From: Mobula hypostoma
Lineage: Eukaryota
DNA length: 64,000 nucleotides
Direction of reading: 5' to 3'
NCBI RefSeq assembly: GCF_963921235.1
Contig: NC_086097.1
Span: 118,298,001-118,362,000 of the forward strand
Below, one piece after another: positions 26,965 to 38,356 of this stretch (the stretch's first letter is position 1; every line of letters starts with the position of its first letter). A model generated the notes under the pieces. It searched no databases. It worked only from the letters and a program-made list of their open reading frames with translations, and was not told the DNA's origin. The translations under genes and the position numbers were made by a program.

Positions 26965-27290
26965 TCTTCTCTGAGGATCATTAGCTAGTCATGTTGGAGA
27001 GGCTTGTTAGTTCCTGAGATTGGGAGAGAGATGCCGTTCGGAGCTTAGTTCTTGGTAGGGTGATCCATGGTGGTAAGGTCAAAGGGGAGGGTCCAGACAA
27101 AGAGCGATCCAACTAAAACCTCAGTGATGGAGCTTGCAAAAGATGATGACACATCACAATGGCAGTGAAGGTGAAGGAAGACTACAGCACTGAAGGGACC
27201 ACAGTCATCTTGCAAAGCCATGCCCTCCCCACGTTAAACAATGACACATGCAGGTGTTCTCCATTAAGAGATTAACTCCTTAGGAGAACA
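26965..27290 (+). repeat. Possible RTE-clade 5' UTR fragment
   Basis: GGTAGGGTGATCCATGG..GGTC..GGGGAGGGTCCAGACAAAGAG resembles fish RTE 5' UTRs as I recall them; no ORF follows. Confidence 0.35.
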
Positions 27291-27984
27291 TGATACTCAA
27301 CTCATATGATTGCACTGCACCACTATATAGTCATTGGAAGATATGGAGGCTTCGAGATTCGTCTATATAATGTGTGAAACTCTTGTCATGCTCAAACAAA
27401 GGTTCTGCTAATATTTGTGCAAACCAAATCTGTGTTAATATTAACTCTTCATATTGATAAACTGCCCAATGCAAAAAAAAAGTACGTCCTTTGCTCATCA
27501 AGGTGATGGCAATTGAGGTCCTTAAGTACAATTATGCACAAAATTTTGTTTCTTTTGAGATTTTCCCTCGCCTTAGTCTTAATCACAATTATCATAGTCC
27601 TTGTGCAGAGTGGAACAATGGATTGAGGGGCATGCTCAGAAGTTCAAGGTGTACTGAGGGACAGAAAGAAGACTGAGCTAACATCAGAGATGGATGACTT
27701 GGAAATGGCTGGTTCTGATATAGATCATGAATGTAAGCTACCAGAGGTTGGCTGATGTGACATTAAATCCAGAAGGCTGCAACTTGCCCAGTTGAAATTT
27801 AAGGTACTGTTCCTTAAGCTTGTGTGAAGCTTCATTATAAAAATGCATGAGCTGCATACCAATAGATCACAGTAAGAATGAGATGATGAATTAATGAGGC
27901 AGTTAACAGGATGGTCAAGGTTATCCCTGCAGACTTAGAACAGATACTGAGTTATGCAGCCATCAGTTTGCATTTGGCTTCCAT

Positions 27985-28510
27985 AAGACCAAATATATAA
28001 GAGTATAATTAGTAAAGAATAATTAGTAATAATTAGTATAATTAATAAAGAGTACATTGAACCCATCAAGTCTGGTCCACTATTCCATCATGGCTCATTT
28101 ATTATCCCTCTCATCACCATTCTCTTGCCTTCTCCTATAACTTTTTACATCCTTATTAATCAAGAACCGATCAACCTCTGCTTTAAATATACCCAAAGAC
28201 TTAGCCTCTTCAGCTGTCTGTGGCATTGAATTCCATGGAGTCATGATCCCCTGTAAAAAGAAAGTCCTCCTCATCTCTGTTGTAAAGGGATGTCCTTGAA
28301 TTCTAAGTCTGTACTCGTTGGTCCTGGGCTCCTCCGCTATAGAAAACATCCTTTCCACATCCAGTCTATTTAGGCCTTTCAATATTCAATAGGTTTCAGT
28401 GACATCTGCCCCATCATTCTTCTAAACCCTAGTATGCTCAGAGCCATTAATCACTCCCCATACATTAACCCTTTCATTCCTGGAATCATTCTCATGAACT
28501 TCCTCTGGAC
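27985..28510 (-). mobile_element. CR1 3' fragment
   Basis: KGLNRLDVERMF..EMRRTFF..WNSMPQ..SLGIFKAEVDRFL. Confidence 0.8.
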
Positions 28511-28539
28511 CCGTACAGTATCCCCAGTAAGTGAGGCTA

Positions 28540-29590
28540 CATTGCAGTGAATGGTACTGCTACTGTACTGGGAAGGATTGTATTAGTCCCTGGATGGTAA
28601 GAAGGAACAAAGTAAAGAGTCAAGGGATTACCATGCATAGGGGAATAGTATAAAGGGACAGAGTTGAAAGAGGAGAGAATAGGAAAATATGTCTGGGAGT
28701 GGAATCTTGTCAAAACTGGCCAGTATTGCAAAGGATCCAAGGTGAAGACAGAGAAACCCTGCCCCTGCTACAGAAAGAGGCAAGTGGTTAAGAACTGTGG
28801 ATCTGGAAATACTGCAGATGTGATGCAGTCATGAACATTGTCAAATATGGTGGAGGGAAGAAGGAACACATCTCAGAAACATAAGAGATCCTGCAGATGC
28901 TGGGAACCCAGAGCCACACCCACAAAATGCTAGAAGCACTTAGCAGGTCAAGCAGCATCTATGGAAATGAAAAATAAAACATTCAACGTTATGGTTTGAG
29001 ATCCTTCACCAGGTCTGGAAATGAAGGGAAAATATGCCAAAATAAGAAAGTGTGGAAAGTGGAAGGAGTACTCGCCAGCAAGTGATAGGTAAAACCAAGT
29101 AGGTGGAGAAGGGGGGAATGAAGTAAGATGCCGGGAGGTGAGAGGTGGAAAAGGTAAAGGACTGGAAAGAAGGAATCGAATAGGAGAGGAGAGTGGACCA
29201 TGGGAGAAGGGAAAGACAGAAGTGCACGGGGGGGGGAGGTGATAGGCAGGTAAGGGGGGGAAGGCAGACTGGGGAAATGAAGAAGGAAGGGGGAAGGGAG
29301 GAATTACCAGAAGTTGGAGAAATCAATATTCATAGTATCAGTTTGGAGGCTAACTAGATGGAATATAGGGTGTTGCTCCTCCAACCAGAGATCGGCCTCT
29401 TTGTGGTAGAAGAGAAAACCATGGATCAACGTGTCGGAATAGGAATTGAAATAGTTGGCTATTGGGAAATCCTGTCTTTTTTGGATGGAGCAAAGGTGCA
29501 CACATTCCCCCAATCTATCGCAGGACTTATCGATGTAGGGAAAGCCTCATCGGGAACACTGGATACAGTAGATGACCCCAACAAATCCTG
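28540..29590 (-). mobile_element. Penelope fragments (GIY-YIG tail, 3' UTR, pLTR)
   Basis: IYCIQCSR, LEEQHPIFHLVSLQTDTMNIDFSNF; pLTR at about 28885-29015. Confidence 0.75.
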
Positions 29591-32525
29591 TGTTATTGTT
29601 ATTATTATTACTTGTTTTTTTTGTATTTGAACAGTTTCTCTTATTTTGCACATTTATTGTTAGACTTACTGTGCACTTTGCTCCATACTCACACCCAGCA
29701 CTCTGCACGTAGTGCTCAAGCCCAAGGGCCTCACCATCCACTGCATGGACTGGACAACAGCATCAGGTAAAAGCAGAAGTGGCAGTATTGGCTTCATGAT
29801 ATTTTCCAGTGGCCCAATCAAATCAGAGTGAGAGAAGAGGTGACTCACAGGTCCACGAGTGAGATTTAAAAAAGATTGCCGGTGGACTTCCAGCTTTTTT
29901 CCGGTGGTCCAATCAAATCTGAGGTTAGAGAGGAGATGACTCACAGGTCCATAGGTGAGATTCAAACAGGAGCTTTTGTAGGCTCTTGGCATTTTTCCAG
30001 TCAAATCACGATTCATTAGCAATGGCAAATAAATGTATGGCAGGGATAAGTGGAACGACCATTGTTGGAGTAGATCGTTGTTAGAGTGAGGAGGCTTTGG
30101 CTCAACAGGCTTCAGCGAAAGTAGGCTTGGGTGAGGTAAGTGTCTGGTAAGTTTTTTTTCTTCATTCTTCATCTGTTACCAAATAGACAGGGCAGTGAGA
30201 ATGGCTCCACTGTCTGTGTTGTGTTCTTCTTTGGAATGTGGAAATTCTGGGAGACCTCCAGGCTTCTGGATAACACATCTATCTCAGGTGCACTGAGCTA
30301 CAGCTCCTCAAAAAATGTACTATGGAACTGCTCAATGACCTTCGGCTCATACGGGAAACCGAGGAGGTGATAGATAGGATCTTCAGGGAGGTAATCAGCT
30401 CTAAGTTGCAGGAGGCAGGTACTTGGTGACTGTCAGTAGAGGGAAAAGAAAAGGGCAGCCAGTGTGGAGTACCCTGTGGCCATTCTCCCCAATGATAAGT
30501 GTACTATTTAAGAGGCTGTTTATGGGGGACCTACCAGGGAGGAACCACAGCAATCAGATCCCCGGCACTGATGTGCTATCACTGTGGCTCGAAAAGGAAG
30601 TGGGGAGATGGGCAAAGAGGACTTTGTAGTAAAAAGGGATCCCATAGTTAGACATGAGATTCTGTGGATGCGGTAGAAATACCTGGATGGTATGCTACCT
30701 CTCAAGTGCCAAGATCAGGGATGTCTTGGATATAGTCCACAGCATTCGAAGCAGGGAAGCTGAGCAGCCAGAAGTCTTGGCACATATAAATATTGACGTC
30801 AATGACATAGGTAGGAAAAGTGAGGAGGTCCTGAAAAAAGAATTTAGAGAGCTAGCTAGAAAGCTGAAAAGCAGATCCTCCAAGGTAGTAATCCCTGGAC
30901 TGCAGCTTGTGCCACTTGCTAATGAGGGTAATTGGATGATTTGGCAGATGAATGTGTGGCTGAGGAACTAGTGCAGGGATCAGGGTTTTATACTCCTTGA
31001 TCATTGGGATCTCTTCTGAAGAAGGTATGACTTGTACAAAAGGAATGGGTTACACTTATACCCAAAGAGGACCAATATCTTTGTGGGCAGGATTGCTAGA
31101 GCTGTTGGGGAGGTTTTAAACTAATTTACCAAGGGGATGGGAAACTGAGCAATAAGGCTGACAATGGGACAGTTGGTATACAAGCAAAAGCAATGTATAA
31201 TGAGACTGTTGGGCAGATGATAGGGCAAAATTGCAGTCATTGGGATGCGTTTCAATGTCACATGGGACAAAAGTGAAAAGGGTGACAAATAGCGGACTGA
31301 AGGTGTTATATTTGAATGCATGCAGTATACAGAACATAGAACATAGAATAGTACAGCGCAGTACAGGCCCTTCGGCCCACAATGTTGTGCCGACCCTTAA
31401 ACATTGCCTCCCCTATAACCCCCCCACCTTAAATTCCTCCTTATACCCGTCTAGTAAGATAAGGTAGATGATCTTGTAGTGCAGTTAGAGGTTGGCAGGA
31501 ATGATATTGTGACATTGTGGGCATCAATGAGTTGTGGCTGAAAGAAATTGATAGTTGGGAGTTTAATGATATACATTATGTTAGAAGAACAAGAAGGTAA
31601 ACAGAGGGGGTGGACTGCCTACATTGGTAAAAAATGAAATCAAATCTATTGAAAGAGGCAACATAGGATCAGAAGATGCAGAATCATTGTGGGCAAAATA
31701 TGGACCACAAGGGTAAAAAGACCCTGATCGGAGTTATTTACAGGCCTCCGAACAGTAGCCAGGATGTGGATAACAAATTACAATGAGAGATAGAAAATGC
31801 TATCTCTCATATCATAAGACCATCCCTTATTATAGTCATGAGGGATTTCAATATGCAGGTCAATTTGGGAAATCAGGATGGTACACAGTATGGATCCCAA
31901 GAAAATGAATTTGTGGAATGTCTATCAGATGGCTTTTTGAAGCATCTTGTGGTTGTAACCACTAGGGACCAGCTAATCTGGATTGGGAGTTGTGTAATTA
32001 TTCGGATTTGATTAGGGAGCTTAAGGTAAAGGAACCTTTTGGAGGAAGTGATCATAATATAATAGAATTCACCCTGCAATTTTAGAGGAAGAAGCTGAAG
32101 TCAGATGTATCAGTATTACAGTGGATTACAGAGGAATGAGCGAGGAGCAGGCCAAAGTTGATTGGAAGGGGTTACTAGCAGGGATGACAGCCAAGCAACA
32201 CTGGCTGGAGTTTCAAAGATAAATTTGGATGGTGCAGAAGAGATACAACCCAAAGAAGATGACGTATTATAAAGGCTGGATGACATAAGTATGATTGATA
32301 AGGAAAGTCAAATCCAACAAAAGAGAAGACATATAATAGAGCAAAAACTCGTGGGAAGGTAGAGGATTGGGAAGCTTTTAAAAACTAACGGGAGGCAACT
32401 ATAAAAGAAAGCTATAAGTAGGGAAAAAGATGCAGTATGATAGCAAACTAGCCAATAATGTCAAAGAACATACCAGTTTTTTTCAGATATATAAAGTGTA
32501 AGAGAAAGGTGAGAGCAGATGTTGG

Positions 32526-33373
32526 AAACACAAAATACGCTGCAGATGCTGGGGTCAAAGCAACATGCACAACACGCTGGAGGAACTCAGCAGGTCAGGC
32601 AGCATCCGTGGAAATGAAAAGTCAACATTTTGGGCCGAAACCCTTCTTCAGGAGTAGATAACACAAACAACAGAAATTCTGCAGATGCTGGAAATTCAAG
32701 CAACATACATCAAAGTTGCTGGTGAACGCAGCAGGCCAAGCAGCATCTATAGGAAGAGGCGCAGTCGACGTTTCAGGCCGAGACCCTTCGTCAGGACTAA
32801 CTGAAGGAAGAGTGAGTAAGGGATTTGAAAGTTGGAGGGGGAGGGGGAGATGCAAAATGATAGGAGAAGACAGGAGGGGGAGGGATAGAGCCGAGAGCTG
32901 GACAGGTGATAGGCAAAAGGGGATACGAGAGGATCATGGGACAGGAGGTCCGGGAAGAAAGACAAGGGGGGGGTGACCCAGAGGATGGGCAAGAGGTATA
33001 TTCAGAGGGACAGAGGGAGAAAAAGGAGAGTGAGAGAAAGAATGTGTGCATAAAAATGAGTAACATATGGGGTACGAGGGGGAGGTGGGGCCTTAGCGGA
33101 AGTTAGAGAAGTCAATGTTCATGCCATCAGGTTGGAGGCTACCCAGACGGAATATAAGGTGTTGTTCCTCCAACCTGAGTGTGGCTTCATCTTTACAGTA
33201 GAGGAGGCCGTGGATACTGGGAGACCGCTTTGCTGAACATCTACGCTCTGTCCGCCAGAGAAAGCAGGATCTCCCAGTGGCCACACATTTTAATTCCACA
33301 TCCCATTCCCATTCTGACATGTCTATCCACGGCCTCCTCTACTGTAAAGATGAAGCCACACTCAGGTTGGAGG
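32526..33373 (-). mobile_element. Tandem Penelope 3' ends with an inverted 5' segment
   Basis: Older pLTR (about 32526-32656) followed by a younger pLTR and LEEQHLIFRLGSLQPDGMNIDFSNFR; orientation flips near 33216. Confidence 0.85.
32763..32798 (-). ncRNA. Minimal type I hammerhead ribozyme
   Basis: AGTC-CTGACGA-AGGGTCTCGGCCT-GAAAC-GTC-GACT on the minus strand. Confidence 0.8.
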
Positions 33374-33879
33374 GACAAGGAAATGACAGATGAGCCGAAT
33401 AAATATTTTGCATCAGTCTTTACTGTAAAAAACATCAACAGTGTGCTGGAAGTTAGAGTGTGTCAGGGGGCAGAGCTGAGTGCAGTTGCTATTAATCACT
33501 CATCTGAATGAATAATCCTACATTTAACATTATTTGTAAGGGGTGATTTGAAGAAGGAAGATAAAATTACTCCTGTTCCTCATTGTAGGGTGAGCTTTCT
33601 TCCCATAAAAGCAATGTGCAGAATGGAGCGGCTGATTTGTAGATAAAAGTTTAGCATCCACCTGGAATTAAGCACTCCTCTCTTTCACTTGCAGATCATT
33701 TGGTTATGGTTTGCCATCTATGGTTTCCAATAGTTCAACATTGGAAACTATAGCAGCATGTCGGTTCTGGAAACATTTTTTCCTAAAATTAAGTAAGTTA
33801 CATCTGTTCTGAGACATCTTACTTCTAGAACATAGAAGCAACGCACAGCTGAGAGGTTTAATAACTTTTTTTGGGAAGG

Positions 33880-34205
33880 AGGCAACATGGAAGTATAACG
33901 GCTAATGCTTCACTTTGCAGCACCAGCCAGTGATCACTGATGAGGTTCAATTCCCCCGCTTTCTATAAGGAGTTTGTATACTCTCCCTGCGACTGCATGT
34001 GTATCCTCTCTGTTCTCCACTTTCATTCCATTGATTATTAAACCTAACCCCGAGCATGCGATGTTGATGTCAGAAGTTTTGCGACATTTGTGGGCTGCCC
34101 AGTACAATCCTTGCTGATTTAATTTGATGCCAACAATACTTTTCACTGTATGCTTTGAAGTTTTGATGTACTGTACATGTAAATTTATTTTTATCTTTAT
34201 CTTCA
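33880..34205 (+). mobile_element. V-SINE-like SINE
   Basis: GGTTCAATTCC B-box, TAAGGAGTTTGTA, and a 3' tail shared with 21415-21730. Confidence 0.65.
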
Positions 34206-35004
34206 TAAAGTACATGGAAATATAACTTACAGAAGTGTAGACGAGTGAATCGTTCATGTGGAATTGAGTATACTATCTAGATTCTCTGAGTTGGGGATGA
34301 TAGATACTGAACAATTAATATATATTAAAGTTAATACATAGAAAAAAGTCTATCAGGAGGACTGAGCGTGAGTCTCTGATGTGTGACCTGCAGGCATAAC
34401 TTGTGCCAGGAATATTAATTTGTTTAAGTATTTATACAAAATAAATAAAAGCATTTATAAAATAAATTAATTTATGGGGAACAAATTATTACAGATAAAA
34501 AAATTATTCAAAGGTTATTGTTCATTAAGCATCTTTCATCTTGGCATCCAAATACTTCTGAGCTCTCCCTATGGCTTTGTTTAGCTATTATTAGTAGCAT
34601 ATTAACCAAAGTAATTGTTACCCTTGCAAAAAAAATATTACCACAGCAATTGTTCAAATTTACTTTTCACAGCTGATTTCAACCAGTTTAAAATATACTT
34701 ACGCATTAGAGTGGTTGTTACTTTTAATGCAAATCTTTACTTTTGCTGTACTTTTGGCTTAATTGATACCTCAATTTCCCAAATGCTTGGAAACATGTAT
34801 CTCTGCTCTGTCTCTGCACATTGCTCGTGGAATATGACTAATTAGTGATTTAATGAGCATCATTTATTCCTCACTTTTCATCCATTTTGGAAATGCTACA
34901 AATTGCTGTAGACTAGAAGCTGCTTCCTTCTGTTGTATCACGCTGCCAGATCCTGTGGTGGCATGTCTGAATAGCACGGATTCAGAAAAGGAGTTCAAGA
35001 GGCA

Positions 35005-35332
35005 AACGTTAAAGATAAGCTCTATTTGTCAAATGTACATCGAAAAATATAGTGAAGTGCTTTGCTTGTGTGAACAACCAATACAGTCCGAGGATTGTGC
35101 TGAGTGCTGTCCACAAGTGTCACCGTGCGTCCAGAAACAAGATAGCATCTCCACAACTCACTAACCCCATGTCTGTTGAATAAAGGAGAAAAACAGAGAA
35201 CCCGAAGGAAACGCAAGCAGTCACTGGGAGAACATACAAATTCCATAGGGATGCAGGCAGGATCTGAACCCCAATCAGTCATTGCTGAGGCTGTAAAGCA
35301 CTGTGCTAACCATTATGCTATCATGTTGCCCC
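35005..35332 (-). mobile_element. V-SINE-like SINE
   Basis: Collinear with 21415-21730. Confidence 0.65.
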
Positions 35333-36524
35333 ATGTGAGTTTAATGTCTATTTCAGGCATGGATCCTGACTGCCTTCACTGGAGCCTGCTGTATTATTGT
35401 AGGAAGTGTACCCTCATGTGACATGCATCATGTTGTGTGCTCAACATTCATTCTATCCTGTAAAAAGACATGCCAATTTTAAACATAACTCGTTCTTAAT
35501 AAAATCATATTTATTGCTGAAGAATGCTTCTCAAATGCACATTACACTGCATCATTATAAGTCGATGTGTAAAATAGTGACAAGCCTCAGTATCCCTTTA
35601 TCTTTGAATATGATTGTAACTGGTATAAACCGAAGTGATGAGTATGTTTTTCTTCACACTGACAGAATGATCCTTTGCAAATCTAACTGAACTACCTACA
35701 CCTAGATTCCCCCGCCCCCACACCCTCAGAACAAAGATCCATCAGTGTTCTCATAGTTAATAGGGGCTCTTTCAGTGTAAATATGAATATTGGAGGGAAA
35801 AGAGAGCTAACTCACACTCCTTCAGTGGCTGACTTCAACATACATCAGGAGGTTCACAGAGAAAATACTATGACAATCAAATACTTTTTCTGAAAAGAGA
35901 CCGGAGAAATACTTTCTGTCACCAGAATGACAAAGGATGGAACAGAGCTGGGTGTTAAACAGAAGCTGAACAAATGAGGCACGGAAAATAAAATGAGAAA
36001 GTCAACAGTTAAAATGAATTATAAATCTTTTCTATTGCAATACAGTTTCAAAATTGCAGACTATTTCCAGTTATAAACATCACCAATTTGCATATCCATC
36101 TAAATTATCCCATTGCGAATAAGCAGCAAGTGGAAAGGAGGGATTTCCCTTTGGACAAACAGAGATGAAAAAAGTCGACAAAGGCTGAGGCTGATAATTA
36201 CAGATATGCCAGTGATTGTGGGATGCACGTTCCCCATATTGCTCTCACATCTCCCAGAGAACGATTGTATGGATATATTAATGCAGGAAAAGCATTTTTA
36301 TTTTCTCTGTGGATGGATATCAGGAAGGAAATAGGTTTTTTTGTTATAGTGAATTTCTCCTTTTTTCAAGCCAGTAGCAGACCACCAAGCATTCAGTTGG
36401 TTCCTGATGCAGACTGGGCACCGTTGATACTCAGCTGATCAGTTAGCATCCATGGAGGGGGAGAAAAGAATGAACATATCAGGTCAATCACTCTCATCTA
36501 ATGAAAAGTTATCAACCACAAGTG

Positions 36525-36740
36525 TGAGCAACACACACAAAATGCTGGGGGAGCTCAGCAGGATAGGTAGCATCTATGGAAAAGTATACAGCTGACATTT
36601 CAGGCCAAGACCCTTTGGCAGGACTGCCGAAACGACAACAGTACTCTTTTCCATAGATGCTGCATGGCCTGATGCATTTCCCTAGCATTTTGTGTGTGTT
36701 TCTTGGACTTCCAACATCTGCATATTCTCTCTTGTTTGCG
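36525..36740. mobile_element. Palindromic Penelope pLTR pair
   Basis: ACACACAAAATGCTGGGG..CATCTATGGAAAAG mirrored by CTTTTCCATAGATG..CCTAGCATTTTGTGTGT. Confidence 0.75.
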
Positions 36741-37341
36741 AACCACAAAAGCTAATCCGTTCTTTTTCTCTATGGATGCGTCTGAACTCCTGAATATTAC
36801 TGGTATCATTTGTTTTCAGTCTTTTGCTTGTTAGAAAAAAGCATTATGTACATCATCAGACACTATTGGATTGGTCAGCATGTCAATCCCAAATTGATTA
36901 AAATAGAAGGTTGCGAAGCTGAGGTGGGTAGAAGTTAAAGTTGAAATCTTCAAATCATAGCTTCTCACCCGACCTGAAACCCACCCTTCCTGAAGTTGTG
37001 ATCGGTTCCAAAATGCACAATTATACTCAGTTATATGTACATTGTTACGAAAGTGTAGTTGGTGGGTCTTGTTAATACTTAGCCTAATGTTGGTCTGTAA
37101 AGTCTAGTGTGGCCATCAGATTAATCTACTCTTTTATAGGTTTTTACTTGGTCCTTGAACACTGAGAACGAAAAAGAGATAAGGAGTATTTTGAGCACAT
37201 ATTATAGTCAAAGAGCCATAGAACCCTACAGCACAGAAGTGGTCCCTTTGAGTCATCTTGGCAATACTGAATGATTACTCTGCCTATATCCATCAACCTG
37301 CATCTGGATCGTAGCCCTCTGTTCAATTCCCATCCATGTAC

Positions 37342-38226
37342 TGTTACATGCTCAAGGAGATCTGTTTTTTTTTGTGAGAATGATGTAATGGTCTTTTGGA
37401 GGTCACCTGATGTGATTTTCCTGCCGATATGAGGTCACATGATGACATGTGCACTATGGCTATATAAGGGTTGACCCAGGCGACGCAGTTGGTTTTTTTA
37501 GTTTGTAGATTTCCAGGTAGAACGTGCTGTGTCTCCGTTTCTGTTGCGTGTTTGTTTTTGTGACACGGTTTCATTTTTAAAACGGCTGTGCGTTCTGTTG
37601 CAAGATACCATATTATTGGACTGGAAATTTTTGCTAGATGTGTTGATTTACTCAATTCCAACAGTAGAAAGGAGAGTGAAGACTTTATTGAGGTACAGGA
37701 TCGAAGGATCGAAAGGAGTCGGCATCGTTTGGCAGTTTAATAAAGGATCGACCTTAATGAGTTTTCATTGGAGGAGTACGACCTGCATCGAGATAACTCT
37801 TGCCAAAAAGAGCAAGGAGTTCATGCAATGGTTTGCTCTCTCTCTAAAGAATTTAAGGTCAGTTGTTTTAAACTGTTTATTTTCGGCATTGTGAATCCTG
37901 TGGACAGAACCAGCAGGAAAGTCACGTCTGTGAAGAAATCCTTCTCCAGAGATGTCTCTCCCAATTGAACGTGTAAATTTGTTGGACTTTCGAAGTTATC
38001 TCTTTAAGAACTATATTTGACTTTATCACTTCAAGAACTGTTTTCACATTTAACACTTTAAGAACCAGTGCCGAGTGACGAGGTGTTGAACAGCTGCATA
38101 TCGGTTAACTTCTAGTTAAAGTTTTTGTTTGTTTTTTTCCATATCATTTATCTGTGTTCAATAAATGTTTGGTTGTTTTTATATAACCTGTCTTGGTTGA
38201 TATTCATTGTTGTCGTTTATGTAACA
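37342..38226 (+). repeat. 5' LTR of element 2
   Basis: TGTTACATGCTC...GTAACA; TATATAA near 37461 and AATAAA near 38160. Confidence 0.95.
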
Positions 38227-38233
38227 TAATCTG

Positions 38234-38247
38234 TGGGGGCTTGTGGG
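38234..38247 (+). other. Primer binding site (degenerate tRNA-Pro-like)
   Basis: TGGGGGCTTGTGGG just inside the 5' LTR. Confidence 0.65.
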
Positions 38248-38356
38248 TGATGTTCCAATTTTGAATTTAAGTGCTGGTAATTGCCATTTTATTTTGGAAA
38301 AGGGATATACTCAATATTTTTCGGTTTGATTGGTGTGTGTGTTCTATTTGGCAACA

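Larger units (their letters stand above)
29760..33495 (+). mobile_element. Old CR1 5' half (5' UTR, ORF1 esterase, APE), with nested insertions
   Basis: PEVLAHI..NDIGRK, LYLNACSI, YRPP, DFN, SDHN, then DEPNKYFASVFT after the Penelope insert; a reverse CR1 tail is inserted at about 31327-31455. Confidence 0.8.

Noticed and set aside
9940..35332. A/B-box sequences as tRNA genes
   Set aside because: They are SINE heads with no cloverleaf and are followed by V-domain-like bodies
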